Source: Heterodontus francisci (Eukaryota). Taken from it: a stretch of 64,000 bases of DNA. Made by a program: the position numbers and the translations under genes. Shown one piece after another: positions 37,090-48,589 of the stretch. Each line of letters begins with the position of its first letter. Within the stretch, counting starts at the first letter, position 1. The stretch is taken from NCBI RefSeq assembly GCF_036365525.1, contig NW_027140807.1:1116001-1180000 (forward strand), written 5' to 3'. The notes under the pieces were generated by a model, which saw only the letters and a list, made by a program, of their open reading frames with translations, made no database searches and had not been told where the DNA came from.

Positions 37090-38760
37090 TTCTGATGTTG
37101 TTCAATTTGTTAGTGTTTTTCCCCTGCTGAAGTTGTTGCTGTATTTATTGTTTTTTTCACTGAAGTTGTTGTTGAACTTGTTGGTGTCTTTCCCCAGCTG
37201 AAGTTGCTGCTGCGTTGCTTGATGTACTTCCCTAAAGTTGTTGGTGAAGTTGTTGGTGTTTCCCCTGCTGACGTTGTGAGAATATTAGTTGTTTTCTTTA
37301 CTCCCCCCTTCCCCTAAAGTTGCAGGATTTGTTGGTGATTGCTTCCTGAAGTTGTTGTTGAATTTGTTGGTGTAATTTTCCTGTTGAAGTTGTTGTGATG
37401 TTTGTTTTTATTTCTCCTGAAGAAGTTGTTGAATTTGTTGGTGTCTTTCTGCTCCTGAAGTTGTTGTATTTGTTGTTCTTTTTCCCCCTCCTGAAGTAGT
37501 TGTTGAATTCCCCTGTTCCTCGTGAACATGTTACACTCACCACCCCTCATGACTCAGCTTACACTATAAGTGTATCCCTGAGTGAAATCTCTCTAATGTG
37601 CAGGTAATATCTGCTTCCAGCGTCTCCCTGGGACCCTGTTCCACAGAGTGAACTCCTGCTCATTGAAATAACCTTTCTGCAGGTTCGTTTCCAGGTCAAA
37701 TAATTAAAACATTAAGTAACTATTACAACAAAGAGTATTGTCCCTTTTCCCTCAAGGGAGCTGGAATAGAAAGCGCTGGGTGTTGTGTTACTGTTGTATG
37801 CAGCTCGGATTAGTCCCCTTCTGGAGAAACCATGTTGAGTTCTGTGCATCAAAACTCAGGAAGGATGTCTCAGCCTTGGAAGTAATGACACCAGGTCTAA
37901 AAGGGTTCAATTAGCTTCACAGTTTGCATGGCCTAATGTCATATTCTCTTAAGTATAGGAGATTAAAGGGTGATCTCATTGAAATATTTAGGGCGATTAA
38001 AGGATTCGATGGTGTTAATGGACAGAAACAATTTCCTCTGCTGGGGGAGTCCAGGGCAAGGTGGGGTGGGGCTGTTTAGGAGTGATGTCAGGAAACGCTG
38101 GTTCACACAGCAGGAAGTGGAAATCTGGAACTCTCTCCCTCAAAAAGCTCTACAGATGGGGGTTTGAGGGGGTTAATCAGACATTCCAAAGCAGAGATTG
38201 CTAGATTGATGTTAGGTGAGGGTATTAAATGATATGGAATTCAACAACAACTTCAGGAGAAAAACAACAACATCGAGAAAAAACACCAATAGATTCAACA
38301 GCAACTTTAGCAGGAGACAAACAGGAAAAAATACAAAAACAACTGCACCAGAAAAATAACCCACTAACAAGCTCAGCAATAACTTCAACAGGAGAAAAAT
38401 AAAGTACTAATAAAATCAACAACAACTTCAACAGGAGAAAAACACCAACAAAGTCAACAACAACTTTAGCAGGAGAAAACACCAACAAATTCAACAACAA
38501 CCTGAAGGAAAAAAGCACCAACAAATTCAACAACAAGAAAAACACCAACAAATTCAACAACAACTTCTGCAGGAGTAAACAACAACAAATTCAAAACAAC
38601 AACCTCAACAGGAAAAACACCAAAAATTTCAACAACAACCTCAGCAGGAAAAACAGCAACAAATGCAACAACAACTTCAACAGGAAAAACACCAACAAAG
38701 TCAACAACAACTTCAGCAGGAGAAAAAAACAAAAGAAACAAAAACAACTTCAGCAGGATC
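37090..38760. repeat. CAA/TTG-rich degenerate repeats (about 37090-37520 on -, 38238-38757 on +) flanking a CR1 fragment (about 37740-38235)
   Basis: Repeated aacaacaacttcagcaggagaaaa-like units. Confidence 0.8.
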
Positions 38761-39888
38761 TGCACATTGTCAGTTCGTGGGATCTTGCCTTGTGGAAACT
38801 GGCTGCCACACTTCCTGCATTACAGCAGCGCCTGTACTTCGAAACAGTAGCAAAGAATATGGGAATAGCAAAACATATGAGATTAGCAAAACTGTGAGAT
38901 CTTGGGCTTCATAAATAGAGGCACTGCCTACAAAATATGGGAAGTTATGCTGAATCTTTATAAAGCTCTAGTTAGGCCACAACTGGACAATTGCATCCAG
39001 TTCTGCTCACCACACTTTAGGAAGGAGGTGAGTTTCCTTGAGAGGGTGTAGAGGAGATTTACCACAATGGTTTCGGGGATAGGGGATTTTAATTACAAGG
39101 TTAGGTTGGAAAACCTGGAGAAAATGAGATTGAGTGGAGACCTGATAGAGGTGTACAAGATTGTGACAGGTTTAGATGAGGATCACAAAGGAAAGCTGCT
39201 CCTCACCCAGGAGTCAGTTCCCCAGCTCCACTGTCTAGTCCCACAGTGTTGGTGTTCCTGCTCCTCGCTCCAGCTGCAGGGAATTTACAGCACAGAAACA
39301 GAGCATTCGGCCAGACACGTCCATGCAGGCCTTTTTGATCCACACGAACGTCGTTCCACGCCCTCTTCATCTCGCCCCCAGCCGCATCTCCTTCTGTTCC
39401 TCTCTCCCTCATGTCCTATGCAGCACCCCCCCCCGACCCCCCCGACCCCCGCCACCCCCAGCTTAAATACATCTTGCCTATTCCCCTCAGCCTGTGGTAA
39501 TGAGTTCCACATTCTCCTCACTCTCTGGGTGAAGATGTTTCTCCCGAATTCCCAATTGGATTTATTGGTGACTGTCTTATATTGATGACCCCTCCCCCTT
39601 TTTCTGGACTCGCCCGCAAATGGAAAAAATCTTCTCTACATTTATCTGATCAAAACCCCTTTCATAATCTTAAAGAGCTCTATCAGGTCACTCCTCAGCC
39701 TTCTCTTTTCTGGAGAAAAGAGCCCCAGTCTGTTCAGTCTTTTCCTGATCATTATCACCTCTCAGTTCTGATATCATCCTTGAACATCTTTCTGTGTCTT
39801 CATGTGGAAGACATGTTCACACTGCAACAGATAAACCGAACAGGATACAGAGCTGCAGGCTTTTATCTGAAACAGGTGTTTCTGTTGG

Positions 39889-39927
39889 TGTTTTTGTTGA
39901 ACTGCTCCGTCTCTCTGAGTCACTGTG
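39889..39927 (-). promoter_or_regulatory. Recombination signal sequence with 23-bp spacer
   Basis: Minus strand CACAGTG (39927-39921), 23-nt spacer, ACAAAAACA (39897-39889), directly after the V coding end. Confidence 0.95.
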
Positions 39928-40420
39928 CTGACTCCAGGCACAGAAATACAGGGCCGAGTGATTCTCCCGCAGGCTGGTGGTCTCCAGGTTGAACTGGGAA
40001 CCAGTCGGTCGTTTGGCATTGAAACCCTCCACCATCCCCTCTGAGTTCACACCTGGTGTAGCTGCAGAGTAAAACATCAGCCGCGGCTCCTTCCCCGGGT
40101 CCTGTCTGTACTAGAACATGTAACCGCTACTCTCACCCTCCACATGGCACTCCAGTCCCACTCCCTCCCCAGGAAATCTGGAGACGGCGGTGTGAGTCTG
40201 GTGGACCCTCGCCGAGATCGCGCCTGCGGGAAGAGACCGGGAGAGAAGAAGGTCAGTGAACAGGGACAAACTGGGATGTGAAGAATGAAGGAAGGAGAGA
40301 AAGATACAGAGAAAGAAAATAAGAAAGAGAGCTGTTAACACAAACAATGGGTGTGTGGGGTGGTGGTGAGAATGATCCCTTACTTTGAAATCAGACCATG
40401 AGACTCAATAACAGATACAT
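39928..40420 (-). pseudogene. TRBV: T-cell receptor beta variable segment (TRBV30-like), pseudogene
   Basis: Leader 40420-40384 MYLLLSLMV*FQ|gtaagg; V exon 40223-39928 SAISARVHQTHTAVSRFPGEGVGLECHVEGESSGYMF*YRQDPGKEPRLMFYSAATPGVNSEGMVEGFNAKRPTGSQFNLETTSLRENHSALYFCAWS. Both Cys present; stops at 40393-40391 and 40113-40111. Confidence 0.9.
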
Positions 40421-40894
40421 CTTCCACTGGAAGCTGATCCTGCAATTGGGAAATCAGTGGAAAGAAGAGAGTTGAGTCCTGTGAGAAGCCACATGAAGAC
40501 TCAAGCAAGTGATTGAGGTTTGTCCAACACCTCCCTCCCTGATGGGGATCCCACACCCCTCTCTCTACCATTGGCTGCCAGTAGTTGTCGTTGCATTTGT
40601 TGGTATCGCTCTGCTGCTAAAGTTGTTGTTGTTTTTGTTGTTGTATTTGCTGGTGTTTTTCTCCGACTGAGGTTGTTGAATTTGTTGGTGCTTGAATCTC
40701 CTGCTGATCTGTTGTTGAATTTGTTGGCGTTGTTCTCCTGCTGAGGTAGTTGTTGTGTTTTCCCTGCTGGGGTTTTTGTTGTGTTTTTTGTTTTCTTCCC
40801 TGCTTCAGTTGCTGTTGGAATTTTTTTAATGTTGAGCTTGTTGTTGCATTATTTCGAGGTTTTTTTGCCCCCTGCTGAGGTTATTTTCTCTTTT

Positions 40895-41300
40895 TTAATT
40901 CATTCATGAGATTTTGGGCGACGCTGGTTGAGGCCAGCATTTATTGGCTATCCTTAATCGCCCTTGAGAAGGTGGTGGTGAGCTGCCTTCTTGAACCACT
41001 AGGTCCATGTGGGGTAGGTACACCCACAGTGCTGTTCGGAAGGGTGTTCCAGGATTTTGACCCACGAAAGTGAAGGAACGGTGATATAGTTCCAAGTCAG
41101 GATGGTGTGTGACTTGGAAGGGAACTTGCAGACGGTGATGTTCCCATGCGTCTGCTGCCCTTGTCCTTCTAGTTGGTAGAGCTCATGTGTTTGGACGGTG
41201 CTGTCAAAGGAACCTTGGTGCGTTACTGCAGTACATCTTGTAGCTGGTACAAACTGCTGCCACTGTGCGTCGGTGGCGGAGGGAGTGAATATTTAAGGTG
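40895..41300 (-). mobile_element. Non-LTR retrotransposon 3' end (same family as 43935-44990)
   Basis: Colinear with 43935-44340. Confidence 0.75.
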
Positions 41301-41459
41301 GTGTTTGTTTAATTAGATTCCCCCAGCTGCTGTGGTGGGATTTGAACTCCTGTGCTCTGGATCATTTGGTCGAGGCCTCTGGATTACTAGTCCCTGTAAA
41401 ATAACAGCTGTGCCACCGTACTCCCAGAGACTGGGGTTAGGTGTATTACACAATTCCCA

Positions 41460-41498
41460 AGTTTTTGCCATGTTTCCTTGCATTCTAGTTACACTGTG
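41460..41498 (-). promoter_or_regulatory. Recombination signal sequence with 23-bp spacer
   Basis: Minus strand CACAGTG (41498-41492), 23-nt spacer, GCAAAAACT (41468-41460). Confidence 0.9.
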
Positions 41499-41780
41499 TG
41501 TATCCTTGTGAGCCCCACAGTAGTAAGCGCTGTTGGCTTGGACCCGGGAGCTTTTCAATGACAGAGTGAAAATGTTTGCCTGAGTCTCGTGCTGGGTTTC
41601 AATCCTTTTCCTGTCGTTCAATGAAGAAAGTACACTCTATCTGATCCATTCCATGCAGTCACCAATCTGCAAGTACCAGTCCAAATAACACTCAGTCATG
41701 TTGCCCTCCCCAATGCTTCTGTGGAACGTGGCTTCCTCCACGGGAACCAGGGTTTTGACCACCGGGGACTGGAGAACCAT
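41499..41780 (-). pseudogene. Degenerate antigen-receptor V segment (probably TCR; family uncertain)
   Basis: MVLQSPVVKTLVPVEEATFHRSIGEGNMTECYLDWYLQIGDCMEWIR*SVLSSLNDRKRIETQHETQANIFTLSLKSSRVQANSAYYCGAHKD. First Cys lost, TAG at 41639-41637, WYxQ and AYYC kept. A hydrophobic leader-like stretch (ICLLLIPSLLLLPLS, no ATG) lies at about 41840-41895. Confidence 0.8.
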
Positions 41781-42469
41781 CTAACAAGATTCTTGACACA
41801 GGATCGCAAATCAATGGGGAGAGAACGACAGCGGGTTACAGGGCGGGACAGAGGCAAAAGCAGAAGAGAGGGAATAAGAAGGAGACAAATTATTCTTCTC
41901 CAGTCACGCTGCTACATTCATACTTATATTTGCTCCACAGGTTAAGCCCAATTATAAATCAGATTTATTACATTGATAAAACTATAAATGCACCAAACTC
42001 GGAAGGATGAACACAAACCAATTCAGTCTGCATCTGAGAAAAAAGAAAATTGGTAATGTTTAATGATGATACTCTGTCAGAATAATCCTAACTGCTGTTC
42101 ACATCAAGGAACAGTAAATTATTTCAATTTGGTTGACGAGGAGATTATGTAAGCGATGCATAAAGTAACTATTACAAACATTAATTTCATCAACAATGGG
42201 ACCAAATGGGGATAGTGGTGTTTCCTGTCTTAAAGCTGGAAAGCAGGAATATGGAAAGCAGATCTCAAACTACTTTGAGATTCTTTTCAGAGGAGGAGGC
42301 TCGTTATAAGCAGTGTGATCAAACCGCCCCTGCTGCTGTGGAAACTGCAGATAGGTCAAATAACCAGTGTCACTGGCGTTGTATTCCTTGCAGAGCACCA
42401 TCTGACCACATCATACCAACAAAACCTTAGAGGGGAACAGAGCCGGACAGGGAGAGGCCATCCCGGGGA

Positions 42470-43060
42470 ACCCCACATAGGGAGAAATAAAGAGAGAATG
42501 AGAGAGAGAGAACAACTGGGAGGGAGCAAGGGAGAGGTAGAGTGAGGCAAAGACAGAGAGAGAGAGAGACAGACTGATCAACACAGCCACTGAGAGATGG
42601 AATGATTCAGGGAAAATTAGTTGGAAAGAGAGAGAGAGATTGAGAGAACTAGTGACAGATAGAGAGAATGAGGCAATAGGAGGTGCAGAGACAGACAGGG
42701 AGAGACAGAGACAGAGCGACACAGAGACAGTAAATGAGAGGAGATAGACAGAATTAATTAGAGACAGAGAGACAGAATGAGACTGAGTGCGTGTGAGAGA
42801 GGAATAGAGACAGACAGCAAGAGTAAGAGAGGAAATGAGAGGCGAGAAAGAGAGGGGAAGGAAAGAAGAGAGTGAGATAAAGAGAGAGAATGAGAATGGG
42901 TGCGTGTGTGAGAGACAGAAAAAGCATCAGAGCTGAGAGGAAATGAGAGAAGGAAAGAGAGACAGGGATAAAGAAAGAGAATGAGAGTGAGTGTGTGTGA
43001 GAGAGGAAAGATAACAAGACCAACAGAGACAGAGAAACAGACATGACGAGAGAGAGTAAG
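42470..43060 (+). repeat. GA-rich low-complexity tract
   Basis: Visible (GA)n-like sequence. Confidence 0.85.
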
Positions 43061-43263
43061 GAAACAATTTTACAGAACAATGTAAACGATGTTTTTTATA
43101 ATCAATATTGGTGAAGTCTGATGTGTTTCCTGGTGCTTGCTCGCCCACTGCTGTCCCCCTGGAGGAGAAAACCCCCCAAAAATACAAAAACAACTGCAGC
43201 AGAAAAAAACACTAACAAATTCAACAATAACTTCAACAGTAAAAATAAAAGCACCAATGAAAA

Positions 43264-43535
43264 GGGCGGTACAGTGGCCCAGTTGTTACCACCGCAGCCT
43301 CACAGCTCCAGCGACCCAGGTTCAATTCTGGGTACTGCCTGTGTGGAGTTTGCAAGTTCTTCCTGTGTCTGCGTACTTTCCTCTGGGTGCTCCGGTTTCC
43401 TCCCACATGCCATTATAAATTGCCCGTGGTATAGGTAGGTGGGAGGGAAATACAGGGACAGGTGGGGATGTGGTAGGAATATGGAATGAGTGTAGGATTA
43501 GTATAAATGGGTGGTTGGTGGTCGGCACTGACTTG
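43264..43535 (+). mobile_element. Diverged HE1-like V-SINE
   Basis: Homologous to 28229-28575, with an internal deletion. Confidence 0.8.
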
Positions 43536-43934
43536 TCGACTCAAGCAAGTGATTCAGGTTTGCACAACGCCTCCCTCCCTGATGGGGAACCCACGCCCCT
43601 CTCTCTACCATTGGCTGCCAGTAGTTGCTGTTGCAAATGTTGGTATCATTCTGCTGCTGAGGTTGTTGTTGTATTTGCTGGTGTTTTCCTCCGGCTGAGG
43701 TTGTTGAATTTGTTGGTGTTTGAATCTCCTGCTGATCTGTTGTTGAATTTGTTGGCCTTGTTCTCCTGCTGAGGTAGTTGTTGTGTTGGTTGGTGTTTTC
43801 CCTGCTGAGGTTTTTGTTGTACTTGTTGTTTTCTTCCCTGCTTAAATTGTTGTTCAATTCGGTTTTTGCATGCTGAGGTTGTTGTTGTATTTTTGGTGTT
43901 TTTCTTTCCCTGCTGAGGTTATTTTCTCTTTTTT

Positions 43935-44990
43935 AATTCATTCATGGGATTTTGGGCGATGCTGGTTGAGGTCAGCATTTATTGTCCATCCCTAATTGCC
44001 CCTTCAGAAGGTGGTGGTGAGCTGCCTTCTTGAACCACTGCAGTCCATGTAGTGTAGGTACACCCACAGTGCTGTTAGGAAGGGAGTTTCAGGATTTTGA
44101 CCCACAGTTAGTGAAGGAACAGCCGATATAGTTCCAAGTCACGATGGTGTGTGACTTGGAGGAGAACCTGCAAGTGGTGGTGTTCCCATGCATCTGCTGC
44201 CCTTGTCCTTCGAGGTGGTAGAGGTTGCGGGTTTGGAAGGTGTTGACGGAGGGAGCCTTGGAAATTGCTGCAGTGCATCTTGCAGATGGTACACACTGCT
44301 GACACTGAGCATCAGTGGTGGAGGGAGTGAATGTTTGTAGATGGGGTGCCAATCAAGCGGGCTGCTTTGTCCTGGACGGTGTCGAGCTTCTTGAGTGTTG
44401 TTGGAGCTGCACCCATCCAGGCAAATGGACAGTATTCCATCACACTCCTGACTTGTGCCTTGTAGATGGTTAACAGGCTTTGGGGAGTCAGGAGGTGAGT
44501 TACTGGCTGCAGGATTCCTAGCCTCTGACCTGCTCTTGTAGCCACAGTATTTATATGGCTACTCCAGTTCAGATTCTGTTCAATGGCAATCCCCAGGATG
44601 TTGATAGTGGGGGATTCAGCGATGGTAATGCCATTGAATGTCAAAGGGAGATGGTTATATTCTCTCTTGTTGTAGATGGTCAATGCGTGGCACTTGTGTG
44701 GCACGAATGTTACTTGCCACTTATCAGCCCAAGCCTGGATGTTGTCCAGGTCTTGCTACATCTGAACACAGGCTGCTTCAGAATCTGAGCTGTCACGAAT
44801 GATGCTGAACATTGTGAAGTCATCAGTGAACATCCCCACTCTGAGCTTATGATTGAAGGGAATTTCATTTATGAAGCAGTTGGAGATGGTGGAACAGGAC
44901 GTACCCGGGGATGGCGATAGCGAGGTCTGTGACATTGTCTGTAAGGCATGATTCCCTGAGTATGACTATGTCAGGTTGTTGCTTGACAGC
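43935..44990 (-). mobile_element. Non-LTR retrotransposon (CR1/L2 group) RT C-terminus and 3' end
   Basis: NILGIAIEQNLNWSSHI..LLTIYKAQVRSVMEYC..LDTVQDKAARLI. Confidence 0.85.
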
Positions 44991-45284
44991 TCTCCCAACC
45001 TTGGCACAAGGCCCGAAATGTTTGTAAGGAGGACCGTGCAGATTCAACATGTTGTTGCATCTGCTGCTGTGTTTCACCTGCTGAAGTTGTCTTTGTTGCT
45101 TTTCTCCTCCTGACGCACTTCTTGAATTCTGTTGGTGTTTTTTTCTCCTCCTGACATTGGTTGGTGAGCTTTTTTTTGCCAACGTTGCTTCTGAATTTGT
45201 TGGTGTTTTCCCTCGCTGAGGCTGTTGTTGCATTTGTTGATGCTTTTCGTGCTGAGGTTTTTGTTGCATTTGTTGTATTGCCCA

Positions 45285-45525
45285 GAGGAGGTTACAGAGA
45301 TAAGGAGGGTTGTTGGGCTGGAGGAGGTTACAGTGATAGGGAGTATTGTAGGGGCTGGAGGAGGTTACAGTGATAGGGAGTATTGTAGGGGCTGGAGGAA
45401 GTGACAGAGAGAGGGAGGGATGTAGGGCTCGAGGAAGTTTCAGAGATAGAGAGCATTGTCGGGGCTGGAGGAGGTTACAGAAATAGGGAAGCTTGTCGGG
45501 GGCTGGAGGGGGTTACAGAGACAGG
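45285..45525 (+). repeat. Short array of the 37-bp L2-derived unit
   Basis: ggctggaggaggttacag(a/t)gatagggag repeats. Confidence 0.8.
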
Positions 45526-46389
45526 GATAATTGTCACTGTTCATCGAGTGTACTCAGTGTTAACCCCAGTATCATTCTGGTGAATCTCAGCTGTATCTGG
45601 TCTAAGGCAAACAGCTGCTTGTTGAGGAAGGTGCCCAGACTGTGTGCAATATTCCAGATGTAGTCGAACCAGAGCCTCCTACAACTGTGGCATTACCTCC
45701 AAACCCTTTGTATTGTGGCTTCTTCCATTAATCACACGTTCCATAATGCATGACTGGATGCACGCATACACCAAACACACACTCCCAACTCTCTCTCCCC
45801 CACCCCCTCTCTCTCCTCAGTTTGTTTGACTATGTTGTTAGTTGTGCATCTTTGTCCTTCAGCTGATCGTATCTGTGCCTCTGATATGAAGAGTCTATTG
45901 TTCTCAGTCCTTGACAAACACAATAGCTTCCTGCTTTGTAAAAGTTGACATTATCCTAGTTGACACACGGCACAACATTCAAATCTGTTAGTCCCAGGGA
46001 ATGCAAATATCAAAGCCGGCTCAGAAGTGTTAATGAGTCCATTGTGGGACTGAATGAATATCTGACAACCTGGCATGGACTCAGGGGCACTGACAGAATC
46101 AGCAATCCAGAGAGAATGGAAACTGTGGAAACTATCAAGGACTAGGCGTTGGACATGGGCTGGTTGGAACTGAGATGCACATTCAGACGCCCCTTTTCAC
46201 AGGCAGTGTAACATTGAGTAACAATGTGCTGCAAGGTGATTGTGATTACTGAGGGGACAGTGACATTGTGATTCTGTCACAGGAATATTATCTGGAGCCC
46301 TGGACTGACTGCACTGCCCAATGTGCTAATGATCTAACAGAGAAATGTGGGGACAGACGAATCCTACCCCATCAGAAACAAATCCTAGA

Positions 46390-47080
46390 ATAGTACAACA
46401 GAGGGAGGCCATTCGGCCCATCGAAGGTTTGTCATCTCTTTCGAAAATCAACCCAGTTAATCCAACTCCGCTCTCTTTCACCATTTCCCTCAATTAATTC
46501 CCCTTCAAGTATTGAGCCAATTCCCTTTTTGAATAATACCATTGAATTTCCACCACCCTATCAGACATTGCCCTCCAAATCCAAACCACTCATGATATTA
46601 AAAAACATTTATCCTCATGTCACCTCTGGTACCTTTGCCCATCACATTAAAGCTGTGCCCTCTGGTGATCTATCGAATCTCCCCTTAACCTTCTCTGCTC
46701 TAAGGAGAACGTCCCTTTCTAGCCCAGTCTTTTTACTTGACTGAAATTCCTCACCAACTTCACCATCCGAGCAAATCTCTTCTGCACCCTCTCCAAAGCC
46801 TGCAGGTCTTTCCGAAAGTGTGGTGCCCTGAATTGGGCACAATGTTCCAACAGGGACCGAGCTGGTGTTTTGTACAGGTTTGGCATGACTCCGGGAGTTT
46901 TGTACTTGACCTATCTATTTACAAAGCCCAGACTGCAATATGATTTATTAATCGCTTTCTCAACCTACCCTGCCACCTTTAAATATTCCTGCACAAGCAC
47001 CCCCAGGTCTCTCTGTTCTTGCACCACTTCACAAATTGTATTGTTTCATCTCTCCTCATTCTTGCTGTCAAAATCAAACA
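46390..47080 (-). mobile_element. Old CR1-type LINE 3' fragment
   Basis: Degenerate similarity to the reverse complement of 25600-26340. Confidence 0.7.
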
Positions 47081-47960
47081 TATCAAAGACTAATCCCACC
47101 CATATCTGGGACAAATTACCTGCTTATTATTATTCAGTCAGTCATGACAATGGTCTGCCAGTAACTCTATAAAGTTTACATACAACACTTTTCCTTCCAT
47201 AAAACAACATCCTGGGTGGTTCTTGTATTGAAGTTTATACCTGAAGCCCACTGCTATCTCAATGTTAGCAGGTGAGGAGCAGTCAGTGACTGAGACATTA
47301 ACATCTGGTCAGGGACCCCTCACAATATCCCATGTCCTGAATACTCAAACACTCTCTCACTGAGAAATTTATGTCCTCCTCATTCTGGTTTGTATGTGTT
47401 ACTAACGCTGTATCTGTGCTATTTCGGAGATGGTATCACTGTCGCTGATGTGAGGATTTCCTTGTTCTCATTCTGTGACTATATTCTGAAAAACAGAATC
47501 ATTTACTTTAACCCCAACGACCTCAGGGAGGAAAATGGATGTCTGATCATTTGTCTCTCTGGAACATCTTGTTTCTCTGCCCCCTCTCATCATCCCCCCA
47601 ATACTGACCCACTACTGATAAGAGAGGCATGTCTCCTGTGAATATTCTCTCCCTAATACTTAGTGTCTATGAAATATCAAATATACACAGCCAACTGGCA
47701 AATACTAACTTTAATATTCAGAGTCCCAGCCCCAGGCTCCAATCTCCCTACACCCTTCCTGTTGGGTAACTGAAGACAAGTTATGTTGCAACAACAAAGC
47801 TCCGTGGGTTAGCATGGTCCCAGGAGAAATATTAATTTGGTTTATTATGGCAGCTACTTTAACCAAAAGGCCTTCGTTTGCATAGATTATGTAATGTCAT
47901 TCATCATTACTAAATGTTAATATTTCAGCCAACCAGCACTGCAGTCAATCCGTCGTGGTG

Positions 47961-48090
47961 TATATAGGGGTTGGAGCTGTCACTGAGACTGACACTGTTC
48001 ACAGCAGAGTGGACCCGAGACTGAGGAGCAAGCAGCTGGAACTGAACCCACTGCATCTCCCACCCAGCGACATCTACTTTGGAGACTTTG
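47961..48090 (+). promoter_or_regulatory. Putative TATA promoter and non-coding first exon of copy B
   Basis: TATATAG at 47961; ATG-free stretch ending at the strong donor TTTG|GTAAGC (48091). The leader exon at 48541 is preceded by a polypyrimidine-CAG acceptor, implying an upstream exon. Confidence 0.5.
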
Positions 48091-48555
48091 GTAAGCAGTC
48101 GGGTATGGGAGGACTGTTAGAAAAAGCAAAGGAGTTTGTCACTTGCTAGGTGTTGACCCAGGGGGAGTGTGTCCTGCTTTTCCTGAAACAACATCATCCT
48201 CAGTAATAACCTTTGTCAGAAATTCAAAGAGGTTTGTTTCAGGGATGCAGGAGACAGACCTGGAGGAGAGAGTCAGGAACACATGTGGTTTATTCATAAA
48301 AGCTTTGGAGAGTGGAAAGGGTGAAGGATTGGAGTCAAGTTCCTGATGTTTAACAAGAACATGTAGCTGAGCTCACCTCTGTCTGTAAGAGCCCCAGTGA
48401 GAGAGAGATAATTAGATGGAGCTCACCTCTCTAAAACAGATATACTGACGAACTCCTCGGCAACTCCCTATTTAATATTCCCTCCAATTGCACGATTCCT
48501 TTAGCTCTCTCAAATGTTTGTCTTGTGTTTCCCTTTCCAGGATCTCACCAGTAAG

Positions 48556-48589
48556 ATGTGGACTCTGCTGATCATTCTGGGTTACCTGA
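48556..48589 (+). CDS. Copy B signal-peptide exon
   Basis: aagATGtgg; MWTLLIILGYL + a|gtgagt; joins in phase 1 to ITDSTLTDPC. Confidence 0.85.

Noticed and set aside
42360-42440. Ig light-chain-like fragment (IPCRAPS…YQQ)
   Set aside because: Needs a frameshift, lacks Trp, no 3' half or RSS; compatible with chance.
47955-48149. ORF with faint V-domain resemblance (…QLELNPLHLPPSDIYF)
   Set aside because: No Cys, no WYxQ and no RSS; better explained as TATA plus 5' UTR exon of copy B.
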